Assembly: GCA_964468475.1 (NCBI GenBank)
Contig: CAYXUL010000004.1
Coordinates: forward strand, 1,811 to 63,490
Reading direction: 5' to 3'
DNA: 61,680 bases
Source: an uncultured Ignavibacteria bacterium
Lineage (GTDB): Bacteria; Zixibacteria; MSB-5A5; CAIYYT01
The notes below the pieces were generated by a model. The model was given only the letters and a program-made list of their open reading frames with translations, ran no database searches and had not been told where the DNA came from. Shown here one piece after another: positions 30,035-39,176 of the stretch. The position numbers were made by a program, and so were the translations under genes. Position 1 is the first letter of the stretch, and each line of letters opens with the position of its first letter.

Positions 30035-33000
30035 GTGACTAACGGTGGCACCTCAGGAAATGGTTCGCAGGATATTCAAGCGACATTCAGCAGCCTGCTG
30101 AATCGTGTCGGCGCCACTACGGGCTGCCTTGCCAATATTTGGCACCGATTGATCAATATCGGCTTCATTGAGATGGAGGATGTACTCTTTCATCTCAACA
30201 GTTGCGTGATGATGCCTGCCCGGCCGGAAGGCAAGTCATCTACCCAGGGAGACGAAGACGACGATACTGACCCCGGCGATACCGAGCGTGGCGAAGCCCA
30301 GGCAGCGGTAAGTGGACTCAGTGCGATTGCGCTGGCCTTCAAGCAATTCGAATTCGATGCCGGCACGACTCTGCTGATCGCGGGCCACACCGATACTTCC
30401 GGCGGCGCGAAGATGAACTTCGAGCTTTCAGAGTTGCGAGCGCTCAATGTGCTGTTGCTCATGGAGGGCAATCGTCGCGACTGGGCATTGGGTGCGGCAG
30501 AACGACATCGCATCGAAGATTACCAGCAGATAATGAAATGGATCAAGCACAACACCCGCTGGGGCTGGGATTGTGATCCTGATAAAGTTGATAATATCTG
30601 GGGCGATAAGACCAGCGGTGCGACGCAAAGATTTATCGATGCCTACAATGACTGGGTTGATAGCGGCGATGCGCCCGATGTCGCCGCCAAGATCGCGCCC
30701 GATATGCACAGCCGCATCAGAAACGACGGTCAGCATAAGTGGCCGATGGAAATGTGGCAGGCTGTGTTTGATGTCTATAATGACGAGCTGGCTGCTATCC
30801 TGAGAGTGGATCGAGACGGACTCAATGGCCAATATCGCACCAAGCTGCACTGGGCCAACGACGAGAAGAAATACGTTTCGTGCGGTGAGTCATTTCCCAT
30901 CGACGATGCCGAGCGCGACAATTATCGATCGCAGCAAAATCGTCGCGTGGAGTTGCTGTTCTTTGACGAGGGCGACGCTCCCCCCGTAATCAATTGCCCG
31001 GGACACCGCGACACGGTTCACACTGCCGAAGAGTGCCCGATCTGGCATCATCTTCACTATATCCCGGTCTATATCGATCCGAACGACCTGAACGCAGTCG
31101 GTTACCACTTGAAATTCGTCTACTTTGATCGAGTATATCAGGCGCTTAAACCGGTACCGGAAGGGCTGCAGATAAAAGTATTTGAGAATGGCACTGATGA
31201 AATCAACGCGCGTCTCAGTTACTCGAATGGTGTGTATCTGGTAAAGGTTCAGCAAGATGATTCGCGTACCGATCTACAGTTCACCTTTGAAACCGCCAAC
31301 AAGTGGATCTACTCGGCTGACTCGTCGACTGATCCGGTCATAGTCGAAAAGACTCCTGCAGAAATCGCGGCAATGCCGTTCATCGAGCGCATCAAGTACT
31401 ATGATCTGCCCACAGGCTGGTCGTCCCGCAATTACTGGACTCGTTACGACGGCAACATGAACACCGGCGGCATCTTCCGCGAAGTGATGGAGAACACCAA
31501 ACAGTACAAACCTTTTGGTGGTAATGTCACCAGTTCCAACGCCCCGATGATCTTTTCTCTTGATGACATCGTGCTGTGCGCCAATAATCGTTCGCAGGTG
31601 ATTCGCGATCAGAATTCAGCCGGGGCTTCCTTTCCGGCCGCAAATCCGCTGAACAATAACTCTCGCTACACGCTCTTCCATCTCGACTATTCCACCAACG
31701 AGAGTTACGGCAGCGAGAACAAGAACCTGCGCAAGCTGAAGATCCACAACCCCGATCCGAATCTGCCGCAAACCACAAACACGCAATTTACCCGTAACCA
31801 TATCACGGATGTGCCCGGCAATGCGCGGTTGGTCTATTTCTGTAACGGCTTTTACGATGTCTTCGACAAGCGTACCACCACCGGCGACACCGGGTTCAAT
31901 TTTGCCTCCGGTCATGTCGCCGGAGCCAGAATGGCGCTGCTAAATGACTCCGATATTCACGTCACCGAGCACTTGATTGGCTCTAACGCCGCCAACGTCA
32001 CCGCCGGGTTCTGCTTCAACAATGTTGGCGGTAACTACGATCTGCACTACCTGCACAACTGCGGTGATCTTGATGGCAAGCCATTGGAATACCTCCTCAT
32101 TCACTGGTCGGGGCGCATACAGGCGGACACCACCGCAGGCACGACCGTGACCGCCAACGATGTGACCAACCATCGCAACCCCGGTTTTGCCAACGCCAAC
32201 GAACGGATGAATCGAAAGAACTATCTCTTTGTCAAGGATTCCGGCGGCAATGACATTATTATTCGACCCCACTGGTTCATGGAATACAAGAATAATACCA
32301 ATGGCGGTCAGCATAAGGCGTTGATCACGGTGGTAGATAGCGGCAGCTGGATGTTACCCGCAACGGCGCACTTCCGCAAAGCGGCCTATCAGACCGAGCC
32401 TAACCGTTTTGGGGCTCACGATCCGGATAATACTCGACAAGATACCAACGGCCAGACCAATGAGCCGCTGGCCAACTGCCACGAGATGGGCCACGCACTG
32501 GGTAACGGTGACGAGTATCTTTACAGCGCCAGCGACTCGGCCGGTGCTAGTTGGGGCGGCGTCCCGGCCTATGCCCAGCCCAACACTCCAGAGGGTGGGC
32601 CATACTCCGGAGATACTCTCGCCCTCATGAACAGGAACCGCGCCTGGCGTATGCGGCACTTGTGGAAGTTTGTTTGCTGGCTGCATGATCGCTCCGCCGC
32701 GGGCAGCACACTCCATCCCTTTTTCCATGGAACACGATTTAAAATTACCCTACCCACCACCAGCGGCTCGCCGCACAACTACAGGCTACCCGAAGCCAGC
32801 CGCAACATCTTCCTGCCAACTCGCAAGGGAACCAATATTGACACCGGCGACGATTCGAAGGTTGACCTGATGCTCTTCCGCCTCGGAGATGAGGAGTATG
32901 CTCGTCTGATCAAGTCAGGCATCACCTTCAACGGCATCCTCGCCGTGCGCACCAAATTTGCTGTCAAGTTCATCAATGGTTCAGGGGCGGCAAACCAGTG

Positions 33001-33400
33001 GACGACGGCGCGCAAGCGTTCCTGGGTACAGGCTCTGAATAACGACTACAAGAACATGTGTAACGGCAACGGCGGTAAATTCCGCCTTGAAGCCAGCGGG
33101 GCCAACGATTTCAAGAATGTCTTCGCCTGGTTTGCACCACATTTCAAGGAATACACGGGAGGCGCGCCGGGTGATTCGCATATAAATGTCGAAGTCACTT
33201 ACGATACCGGTGGCGACTTCTCTTCCTCCGGCAACGAGCTGGATGTCAAACGTGACGTAAATAATGCGCGCATCATCCGCTATTGCTGGGGTCTCGACAG
33301 CGGCACCGGAAACCTCACCAAGGACAACTTCACAGCAATCGAAGGTTGGATGGCAAGGGCCGACGTTGCCAACGGCACCTTTGATATGAAGAATCTATGA
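30035..33400 (+). CDS. large leaderless protein with a split OmpA-C-like peptidoglycan-binding domain and a C-terminal HExxHxxGxxD metallopeptidase motif
   Basis: 1121 aa with a GTG start 18 nt after the PAAR stop. LLIAGHTDTSGGAKMNFELSELRA (30371 onward) and NRRVELLFF (30938 onward). HEMGHALGNGD at 32480-32512. No signal peptide is visible. Confidence 0.8.
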   Translation: MTNGGTSGNGSQDIQATFSSLLNRVGATTGCLANIWHRLINIGFIEMEDVLFHLNSCVMMPARPEGKSSTQGDEDDDTDPGDTERGEAQAAVSGLSAIALAFKQFEFDAGTTLLIAGHTDTSGGAKMNFELSELRALNVLLLMEGNRRDWALGAAERHRIEDYQQIMKWIKHNTRWGWDCDPDKVDNIWGDKTSGATQRFIDAYNDWVDSGDAPDVAAKIAPDMHSRIRNDGQHKWPMEMWQAVFDVYNDELAAILRVDRDGLNGQYRTKLHWANDEKKYVSCGESFPIDDAERDNYRSQQNRRVELLFFDEGDAPPVINCPGHRDTVHTAEECPIWHHLHYIPVYIDPNDLNAVGYHLKFVYFDRVYQALKPVPEGLQIKVFENGTDEINARLSYSNGVYLVKVQQDDSRTDLQFTFETANKWIYSADSSTDPVIVEKTPAEIAAMPFIERIKYYDLPTGWSSRNYWTRYDGNMNTGGIFREVMENTKQYKPFGGNVTSSNAPMIFSLDDIVLCANNRSQVIRDQNSAGASFPAANPLNNNSRYTLFHLDYSTNESYGSENKNLRKLKIHNPDPNLPQTTNTQFTRNHITDVPGNARLVYFCNGFYDVFDKRTTTGDTGFNFASGHVAGARMALLNDSDIHVTEHLIGSNAANVTAGFCFNNVGGNYDLHYLHNCGDLDGKPLEYLLIHWSGRIQADTTAGTTVTANDVTNHRNPGFANANERMNRKNYLFVKDSGGNDIIIRPHWFMEYKNNTNGGQHKALITVVDSGSWMLPATAHFRKAAYQTEPNRFGAHDPDNTRQDTNGQTNEPLANCHEMGHALGNGDEYLYSASDSAGASWGGVPAYAQPNTPEGGPYSGDTLALMNRNRAWRMRHLWKFVCWLHDRSAAGSTLHPFFHGTRFKITLPTTSGSPHNYRLPEASRNIFLPTRKGTNIDTGDDSKVDLMLFRLGDEEYARLIKSGITFNGILAVRTKFAVKFINGSGAANQWTTARKRSWVQALNNDYKNMCNGNGGKFRLEASGANDFKNVFAWFAPHFKEYTGGAPGDSHINVEVTYDTGGDFSSSGNELDVKRDVNNARIIRYCWGLDSGTGNLTKDNFTAIEGWMARADVANGTFDMKNL

Positions 33401-33416
33401 TAGAAGGAACTCTACG

Positions 33417-34520
33417 ATGACCGAACTATACAGTCGCTTCTTTGCCAACCCTTTGCGCAACGGGATGATTGATATAGTCTCAGACGCAGTCGGCAAACTC
33501 GCCTGGTCTCGCAAAATCGGCGATATTGAGTCTGATTCGGCGAATGTGCGACTGTTGCTGTCGGGCGAAGACTATGTCATAGCCGATAACCTCTCAGAGT
33601 TGGTGTGTGTGAAGCGAAACGGGGACATTGCCTGGCGGCGACCGTGTTGGTACTCGAGTCAAACCGCATTGCAGGATGGGGTGCTTTATTTCACCGATCC
33701 GGAGCGTAACGACTTCATGCAGGCAGTTGATGCGAACAACTCGGTCACGCGCTCAGGGGAGAGGTTCTGGGGTATGGTCGACAACGCCTACCTGACACTG
33801 TTCGAACCGGGTGCCGATGAGACATTCTGCCAGGTTCAATTGGTGCACGACCCGCACAACGAACCACCGCTGATGATGTGCTATCGCGAGGATCGCTCCA
33901 GCCCGGGAATGCGCTGGTCAGTGGATCTCGAATGCGAGGGCAGCCCGATAATTCCGTTGCTCAACCGCGCTCAGAAGCGACTGGTTACTTCGACGCGAAC
34001 GGAGATCGTTGTACTTGACACTGAATCTGTTATTCCGGAGCCCGCTCCGGCAGCGCGATTTCCGTTTCCACTTCACGAAGCGACCCATTGGGTGAGTTCA
34101 GCCGATGATGGTCGCCTTTTCTGGTGTGGTACCGGTGAGCAGGGCGCAACGCTGGGAATTACTGATTTTGCCGGCGAAATGCAGTGGCGATATGAGAAGG
34201 GACTTGCCGGACGCGCGATTGCACCTCCGGTAGTCGGCAAGGAGTTGATCTGGCTTGTGACCGATCAAGCGGCCTATGCTTTTAAGGACGGAAAGCTGGC
34301 CTGGAAATATGATGCGGGTAAGACGACATTGACCTTCGCTACGGCCGTGGTCAACGACACCCTGTTGCTGTGCGGCATTGACCGGCTCATCCGGCTGGAC
34401 TCCGATGGGCTAACGGAATTTGACCTCAAGTTCGAGGAGCCGCTGTCGGCGCCACCCGTTGTTGATGCTTCCGGACAGATATATATCGCCAGCCGGGGAA
34501 TAATATATGCCTTTGTGTAA
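33417..34520 (+). CDS. hypothetical protein, PQQ/BamB-like beta-propeller repeats suspected
   Basis: 367 aa with no signal peptide. It has recurrent G.(L/I)Y(F/I)...G.L(A)W(K/R) strands (GVLYFTD, GKLAWKYDAG, GQIYIASRGIIYAF). Confidence 0.55.
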   Translation: MTELYSRFFANPLRNGMIDIVSDAVGKLAWSRKIGDIESDSANVRLLLSGEDYVIADNLSELVCVKRNGDIAWRRPCWYSSQTALQDGVLYFTDPERNDFMQAVDANNSVTRSGERFWGMVDNAYLTLFEPGADETFCQVQLVHDPHNEPPLMMCYREDRSSPGMRWSVDLECEGSPIIPLLNRAQKRLVTSTRTEIVVLDTESVIPEPAPAARFPFPLHEATHWVSSADDGRLFWCGTGEQGATLGITDFAGEMQWRYEKGLAGRAIAPPVVGKELIWLVTDQAAYAFKDGKLAWKYDAGKTTLTFATAVVNDTLLLCGIDRLIRLDSDGLTEFDLKFEEPLSAPPVVDASGQIYIASRGIIYAFV

Positions 34521-35364
34521 GCGACCGGGTTGCGTTATCATGATGCTGGCAGGAATGACAATGATGCTTACTGCTGCCTGCAGGCAAGAGGTGGTACCCA
34601 AAGTGGAAGCGTTTAGATTTAGTTTTGGACTAAAATATAGCGTGGTCAGGGATGGGGACTACTGCGCAATTGAGCAGCGCGATATCTGGACCGACTCGCA
34701 GATCGCGCCGCCGGCCGACTTCGACGAAGCGCCGTATATCATGCTGATCAGCAAAAAGGAATGCGCGGCAATCCTGAGTCAGGTAGATGAGATTGACTGG
34801 ACGAAGTATACGGACTTGAGTGATGCTGATTTTGAGACAACGCCACCCGGAATGCAGCATCGCGAGCGACTCTATGTCAAGATTGGCGACGATGTCAAAG
34901 TTGACTGGATCAAGGACTTTCAAAAGCTTCAACCAAGCCTGCGCGAACCACTTGAAGCGACTCAGCAACTCATCGGCAACATAGCGGTCGAGCGTGAAGG
35001 TAAGCTAATACCGCCCGATAGCCTGCAGCTGTCGTTGAGTGTGACGGAGCATGGAACGACGAACAGGTGGAGCGTGACTCGCGAAGGCGGTAAAGATGAA
35101 CTTTCCGCCAATGGCAAGACAGCGGAATTGTCACCCGACAGCTTCAATGATCTCTGGAGTCAAATTCTCGATTTGCGTTTATTCGGTGCTGAGTATGCTC
35201 CCCTCGATTCAACGCAAGAAAAAAATCGAATAGATGAGCTCGCGGTGAATATCAATGGCAAGGAACTGGTCAATTTCAGCTTCAACACACCCTATGAAAA
35301 CCAATCACGGGTCGAGGAACTACACAACCTGTTATCGTTGGCCGCAAAGAATGTGAAGAAATAG
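34507..35364 (+). CDS. hypothetical lipoprotein
   Basis: 285 aa. Lipobox MMLTAAC. It overlaps the previous gene by 14 nt. I recognise no family. Confidence 0.6.
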   Translation: MPLCKRPGCVIMMLAGMTMMLTAACRQEVVPKVEAFRFSFGLKYSVVRDGDYCAIEQRDIWTDSQIAPPADFDEAPYIMLISKKECAAILSQVDEIDWTKYTDLSDADFETTPPGMQHRERLYVKIGDDVKVDWIKDFQKLQPSLREPLEATQQLIGNIAVEREGKLIPPDSLQLSLSVTEHGTTNRWSVTREGGKDELSANGKTAELSPDSFNDLWSQILDLRLFGAEYAPLDSTQEKNRIDELAVNINGKELVNFSFNTPYENQSRVEELHNLLSLAAKNVKK

Positions 35365-35389
35365 CACTAATCAGGATGGAATAGAAGAT

Positions 35390-35815
35390 ATGACGAAAAC
35401 CAACAACAGCTTCAAACTGCAGCTACCGGATGGCTGGGAGGATCGCTCGATCTACACTTTCATGGGCCCGGAAGCTTTCGGCATGCAGCATATGTTGAAT
35501 CTTGTCATCGACGATCAAATCGGTGATCACACACTCGAATCCTTCGCGACGCAACGAGTACAGATGATGAAGGACGCGATGCCGGACGCGACAACCCTCA
35601 AGGAGGGCGAAAGATCACTCGCCAGCGGCATGCCTGTTTACGAGTGGGTGTACAAGACGCATCCCACTGACGACAAAGCTCGCTTCCACAAGACATACTT
35701 CATGATCGTCGGTGGCCGCGGATTCACTTTCAACGCCGTCTTCAGCAAGTCATCGATGAAGACCATCGGCGTGGAAGTGGAAGAGATGGTAAATTCATTT
35801 TTGCCGATGAAGTGA
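35390..35815 (+). CDS. DUF1795/DcrB-superfamily protein (Eag-type effector chaperone-like)
   Basis: 141 aa. The N-terminus FKLQLPDGWEDRSIYTF is the characteristic opening strand pattern of DUF1795 proteins. Size and position at the end of a PAAR island fit this call. Confidence 0.65.
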   Translation: MTKTNNSFKLQLPDGWEDRSIYTFMGPEAFGMQHMLNLVIDDQIGDHTLESFATQRVQMMKDAMPDATTLKEGERSLASGMPVYEWVYKTHPTDDKARFHKTYFMIVGGRGFTFNAVFSKSSMKTIGVEVEEMVNSFLPMK

Positions 35816-35927
35816 CAACTGCGTGGGTTCTTCTTCGAGAGCGCTTCTCAAGAGAACGATTCACGAGCAACAGGGGTCACCACACCGGTTAGGGTGAGCT
35901 ATTACGTTTTCCGAGCCCGTCATATCC

Positions 35928-37157
35928 TCATTTCTTATGACACTGTATGCACAGGTCCATGTCGGGATCAAAGGCTAGATAGTACTCGTGTCCGGAGCCA
36001 TGCATCTTGTGGCAACTGAGGCAGTTCATCGGCTTACCGTTTCTCGGGTCGATTACCTTCTCGCCCATCGGATGTGAATTCTTGTGCGCATCCTCGTGGC
36101 AGGAGTTGCACAGATCGGTCACGTTATCATTAGCTAGGTATCTGGCGTTGTTTGCGCCGTGCGGCGTATGGCAGATTGTGCAATCCTGTCCCGGGTGAGT
36201 GATATATTCCGATTTCTCCTTTGATGGCACATCAGTGAAGTGGCACTTCATGCAGAGGTTCTTCTGGTCAGAACTCAACAGAGTCGAAGCGTTTGACGCG
36301 TGCGGATTGTGACAATTCAGGCACGAGCCGTCCGCCTTCAAATGAAATGAGTACTTGAGATGGCTGCTCTCTTTGATGTCATCGTGACAGCCGTAACAGA
36401 TTTTGTCGACCTCACCGCTAATTGCGAACGAGCCACCGGCGGTAGCGCTCTTCGAATGACAGCTGCCACATTCCCCCGCTTCAAACGGCGGGTGCTGGTT
36501 GGCCATTAGCAATGCGCGATTCTTTGATGAGTGCGGGTCGTGACAGGCAGTGCAGTCAGCTGAGGAGAGATCATAGCCTTTATGAGTCTTCTTAAAGGAT
36601 GCGTCGTTGTCGTGGCAGTCGAAGCAAACCGTCGGCACCGCTTTCTTGAGCAGTCCGGTATACTTTGAGCCGTGCGGGACATGACAGTCTGAACATTCCT
36701 TCGCCTCTACCGGTGGATGCACATTCGCGCGAGCCAGCCACTCTTTCACATTCTCGTGGCAAGATGCGCAGAGTGTTTCCGGTGATTGCTTGAGCACGTG
36801 GTTGAAATCAGAAGCGTGCGGATCGTGACACGAAAGGCACTCACCGTTTGCTACCGGCTGATGTACATTGGCAAGTTCAGTTTGATCCTTTATCTCATCG
36901 TGGCACTGAAAACAAGTTGCCTGAACGCTACTGTTGAGTAATGACGCGTGTCGCGATGCGTGCGGATTGTGACAGTTTGAGCATTCACCAGAGGCGAAAG
37001 CACCGTGCACGTGCTTCTTATTTTGCAGTTCCTGAATATCATCATGGCAGTTATAGCAGACAGCCGGCTGATCAACAGTGACGACTTGCGCGCTACCGAT
37101 ATTAGCGGCGGTCGCGATGAGCCAGAGCGATGCAATAATTAAAATAAAACGTGTCAT
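35928..37157 (-). CDS. multiheme c-type cytochrome, 16 CxxCH motifs (doubled-CxxCH repeat type)
   Basis: 409 aa with a signal peptide. I counted 16 CxxCH. The repeating unit is CxxCHD...VH.P...G.C..CH.PH.S....LL. Confidence 0.95.
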   Translation of the reverse strand: MTRFILIIASLWLIATAANIGSAQVVTVDQPAVCYNCHDDIQELQNKKHVHGAFASGECSNCHNPHASRHASLLNSSVQATCFQCHDEIKDQTELANVHQPVANGECLSCHDPHASDFNHVLKQSPETLCASCHENVKEWLARANVHPPVEAKECSDCHVPHGSKYTGLLKKAVPTVCFDCHDNDASFKKTHKGYDLSSADCTACHDPHSSKNRALLMANQHPPFEAGECGSCHSKSATAGGSFAISGEVDKICYGCHDDIKESSHLKYSFHLKADGSCLNCHNPHASNASTLLSSDQKNLCMKCHFTDVPSKEKSEYITHPGQDCTICHTPHGANNARYLANDNVTDLCNSCHEDAHKNSHPMGEKVIDPRNGKPMNCLSCHKMHGSGHEYYLAFDPDMDLCIQCHKK

Positions 37158-39139
37158 CAGCGATCACCTTCTTTCTTTGCCGGTTCGGTGTGGCAGGCGT
37201 CGCACATCCTCTCAGAGAAAGGTGCGTGGCTGTTGCTGAGCATTAGACCACGATCCTCGGAAGCATGCGGATCGTGGCACTTGCGGCAGTCAATTTGTGA
37301 GCCGGTCAATCCCAGGTGTTTGTCTTTGAAGGCGGAATCATCGCCATCGTGACAGTCGAGGCAGGTTGCCGGAACGTCCTGTATCAGCAGTGAAGCATAT
37401 TCGCTCGAATGGGGCTGGTGACAGGTGCTGCACTCTTCCTCGGCGGGTGGATGCGCCTTATAGTTTGCCATCATCGTGTCAATGTCAACGTGGCAATTAA
37501 GGCAGAGACGTGGCTGTTTATCGAGCAGGAGATTGCCCAGCTTTCCCGAATGAGGCGTATGACATTCGGTGCAATTGCCTTCCTCCACCGGAGCGTGCAT
37601 GCTTGTTGTTGCGGCCGGTTCGACGATGTCATCATGACACGTGCCGCACAGTTCTTTGGGGGTAGCTGTAAGCAGATTTGGCACTTCGCCGGCGTGGACG
37701 ACGTGACAGATATCGCAATTTCTTTCCTTGAAGGGGGGATGCTGAATGATTGCGAGGCTATCGGCGTAGAGATCGCTGTGACATTTTTCGCAGAGATCAT
37801 TCTTTGCCGCGCGTAGCAGTGGAGCCGTCTGTGAAGCGTGCGGATTGTGGCACTCTACACATTGTCCCTGCTTAATCGGCATATGCACGCTCTTCTCGGC
37901 GAGCCAATCCACGCCCTCGTCGTGGCAATCCCCGCAAAGTTCCGACTGGGGCTTCTTGATAAGATTCGCATACTGCGAACCATGTGGTTTATGGCAATCC
38001 GTGCACTCACCGTCAACGAATGGCGGGTGCGTGCTGGGGAAATCCATTGCTTCTGCTTTGTCGTCATGACAGGTGAGGCACAGCTCTTTGCTGTCAGCTA
38101 CCAATAGCATCTTTTTGGCCATGCCATGAGCGTTGTGGCAGGTGCTGCAATCCTCCTCGGCGGGTGCGTGGCGTGATGCCATTACCAGCTCGTCCTGAAC
38201 ATCACTGTGACACTCAAGACAAAGTTGCTTCTCCGGTTCGATCAACAGCGCGTTTTCTTTCGATCCGTGCGGGTTGTGGCAGCTGGTGCAACTGCCCGCC
38301 TCGACTGGTGCGTGGCTACCCTCGGGAGCAACATCAGCCTTGTCGTGGCAGGTCAGACAGAGCGCATCGGCATCATCAGTCAGTTCAAAAGGCGTGGCAG
38401 AGTCGGGCGCATTGTGGCAACTTTCACACTCGCCACCTTCAACGGGCGCGTGTATTGATGCCCGGAACAGGAATTTTGAATCTGATGAGTGCGGCGAATG
38501 GCACTTGCCACAATCCTGATCTTCCAGGGCGTATCCACCGTGCGCCTGCTTGTAGTCGGCTGGTTGATGACAATCGCGGCATAGATCATTAGCAGGCTTC
38601 TTCAGTAAGCCGGCGTATGCACTGCCGTGGACTTCGTGACAGGCAAAGCAGTTGTCCTTCATTGGCTCATGAACAAACTTACCCTCGAATTCCTTGCGAT
38701 CGTGGCAGTCGAAGCATATCTCCGACGCTGTCTTCTTCAGAAGCGCTTCATTATCTGAAGCGTGGGGGTCGTGGCACTTCTCGCAGCGGCCCTGTTTCGC
38801 AGGCGCATGAATGACACTGGCGTCCATGCCCAGTTTGGCCTTATCGTGGCACTCGTAGCAGAGCTGGGCGCCGCTCTCCTTGAGCCGCAGCATTCCTACC
38901 AGTCCATGCGGTTTGTGGCAGGCCACACAGTCTTTGTCGCCGAACGGTTTGTGTTTGTTGGAGCCCGGGAAGTCCTTTACGTCATGACACTCGGTGCAAT
39001 TGCCCTTTGATGAGAAGCGCTTGCCACGTTTGATCTGACCGCTTGCATCCGAAGTAAGGAATATCAGCGTAGCGGCGCAGATGAGCAGCACCAATAGAGG
39101 GAGTGAGTTGCCAACCCATCTGAGCTTACCAGACCACAT
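37157..39139 (-). CDS. multiheme c-type cytochrome, 26 CxxCH motifs (13 tandem diheme units)
   Basis: I counted 26 CxxCH. The start is set at ATG 39139 (MWSGKLRWVGNSLPLLVLLICAATLIF signal/anchor). The stop overlaps the next gene's ATG (TGATG). Confidence 0.95.
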   Translation of the reverse strand: MWSGKLRWVGNSLPLLVLLICAATLIFLTSDASGQIKRGKRFSSKGNCTECHDVKDFPGSNKHKPFGDKDCVACHKPHGLVGMLRLKESGAQLCYECHDKAKLGMDASVIHAPAKQGRCEKCHDPHASDNEALLKKTASEICFDCHDRKEFEGKFVHEPMKDNCFACHEVHGSAYAGLLKKPANDLCRDCHQPADYKQAHGGYALEDQDCGKCHSPHSSDSKFLFRASIHAPVEGGECESCHNAPDSATPFELTDDADALCLTCHDKADVAPEGSHAPVEAGSCTSCHNPHGSKENALLIEPEKQLCLECHSDVQDELVMASRHAPAEEDCSTCHNAHGMAKKMLLVADSKELCLTCHDDKAEAMDFPSTHPPFVDGECTDCHKPHGSQYANLIKKPQSELCGDCHDEGVDWLAEKSVHMPIKQGQCVECHNPHASQTAPLLRAAKNDLCEKCHSDLYADSLAIIQHPPFKERNCDICHVVHAGEVPNLLTATPKELCGTCHDDIVEPAATTSMHAPVEEGNCTECHTPHSGKLGNLLLDKQPRLCLNCHVDIDTMMANYKAHPPAEEECSTCHQPHSSEYASLLIQDVPATCLDCHDGDDSAFKDKHLGLTGSQIDCRKCHDPHASEDRGLMLSNSHAPFSERMCDACHTEPAKKEGDR

Positions 39140-39176
39140 ATCAATATCCTTTCTCACCACTCCCCGAGTCCTTTCC

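Noticed and set aside
28059-35815. Calling this region a type VI secretion locus
   Set aside because: Only PAAR and an Eag-like chaperone are present. No sheath, tube, VgrG, baseplate or membrane-complex genes occur anywhere in the window, so the delivery machine is unknown.
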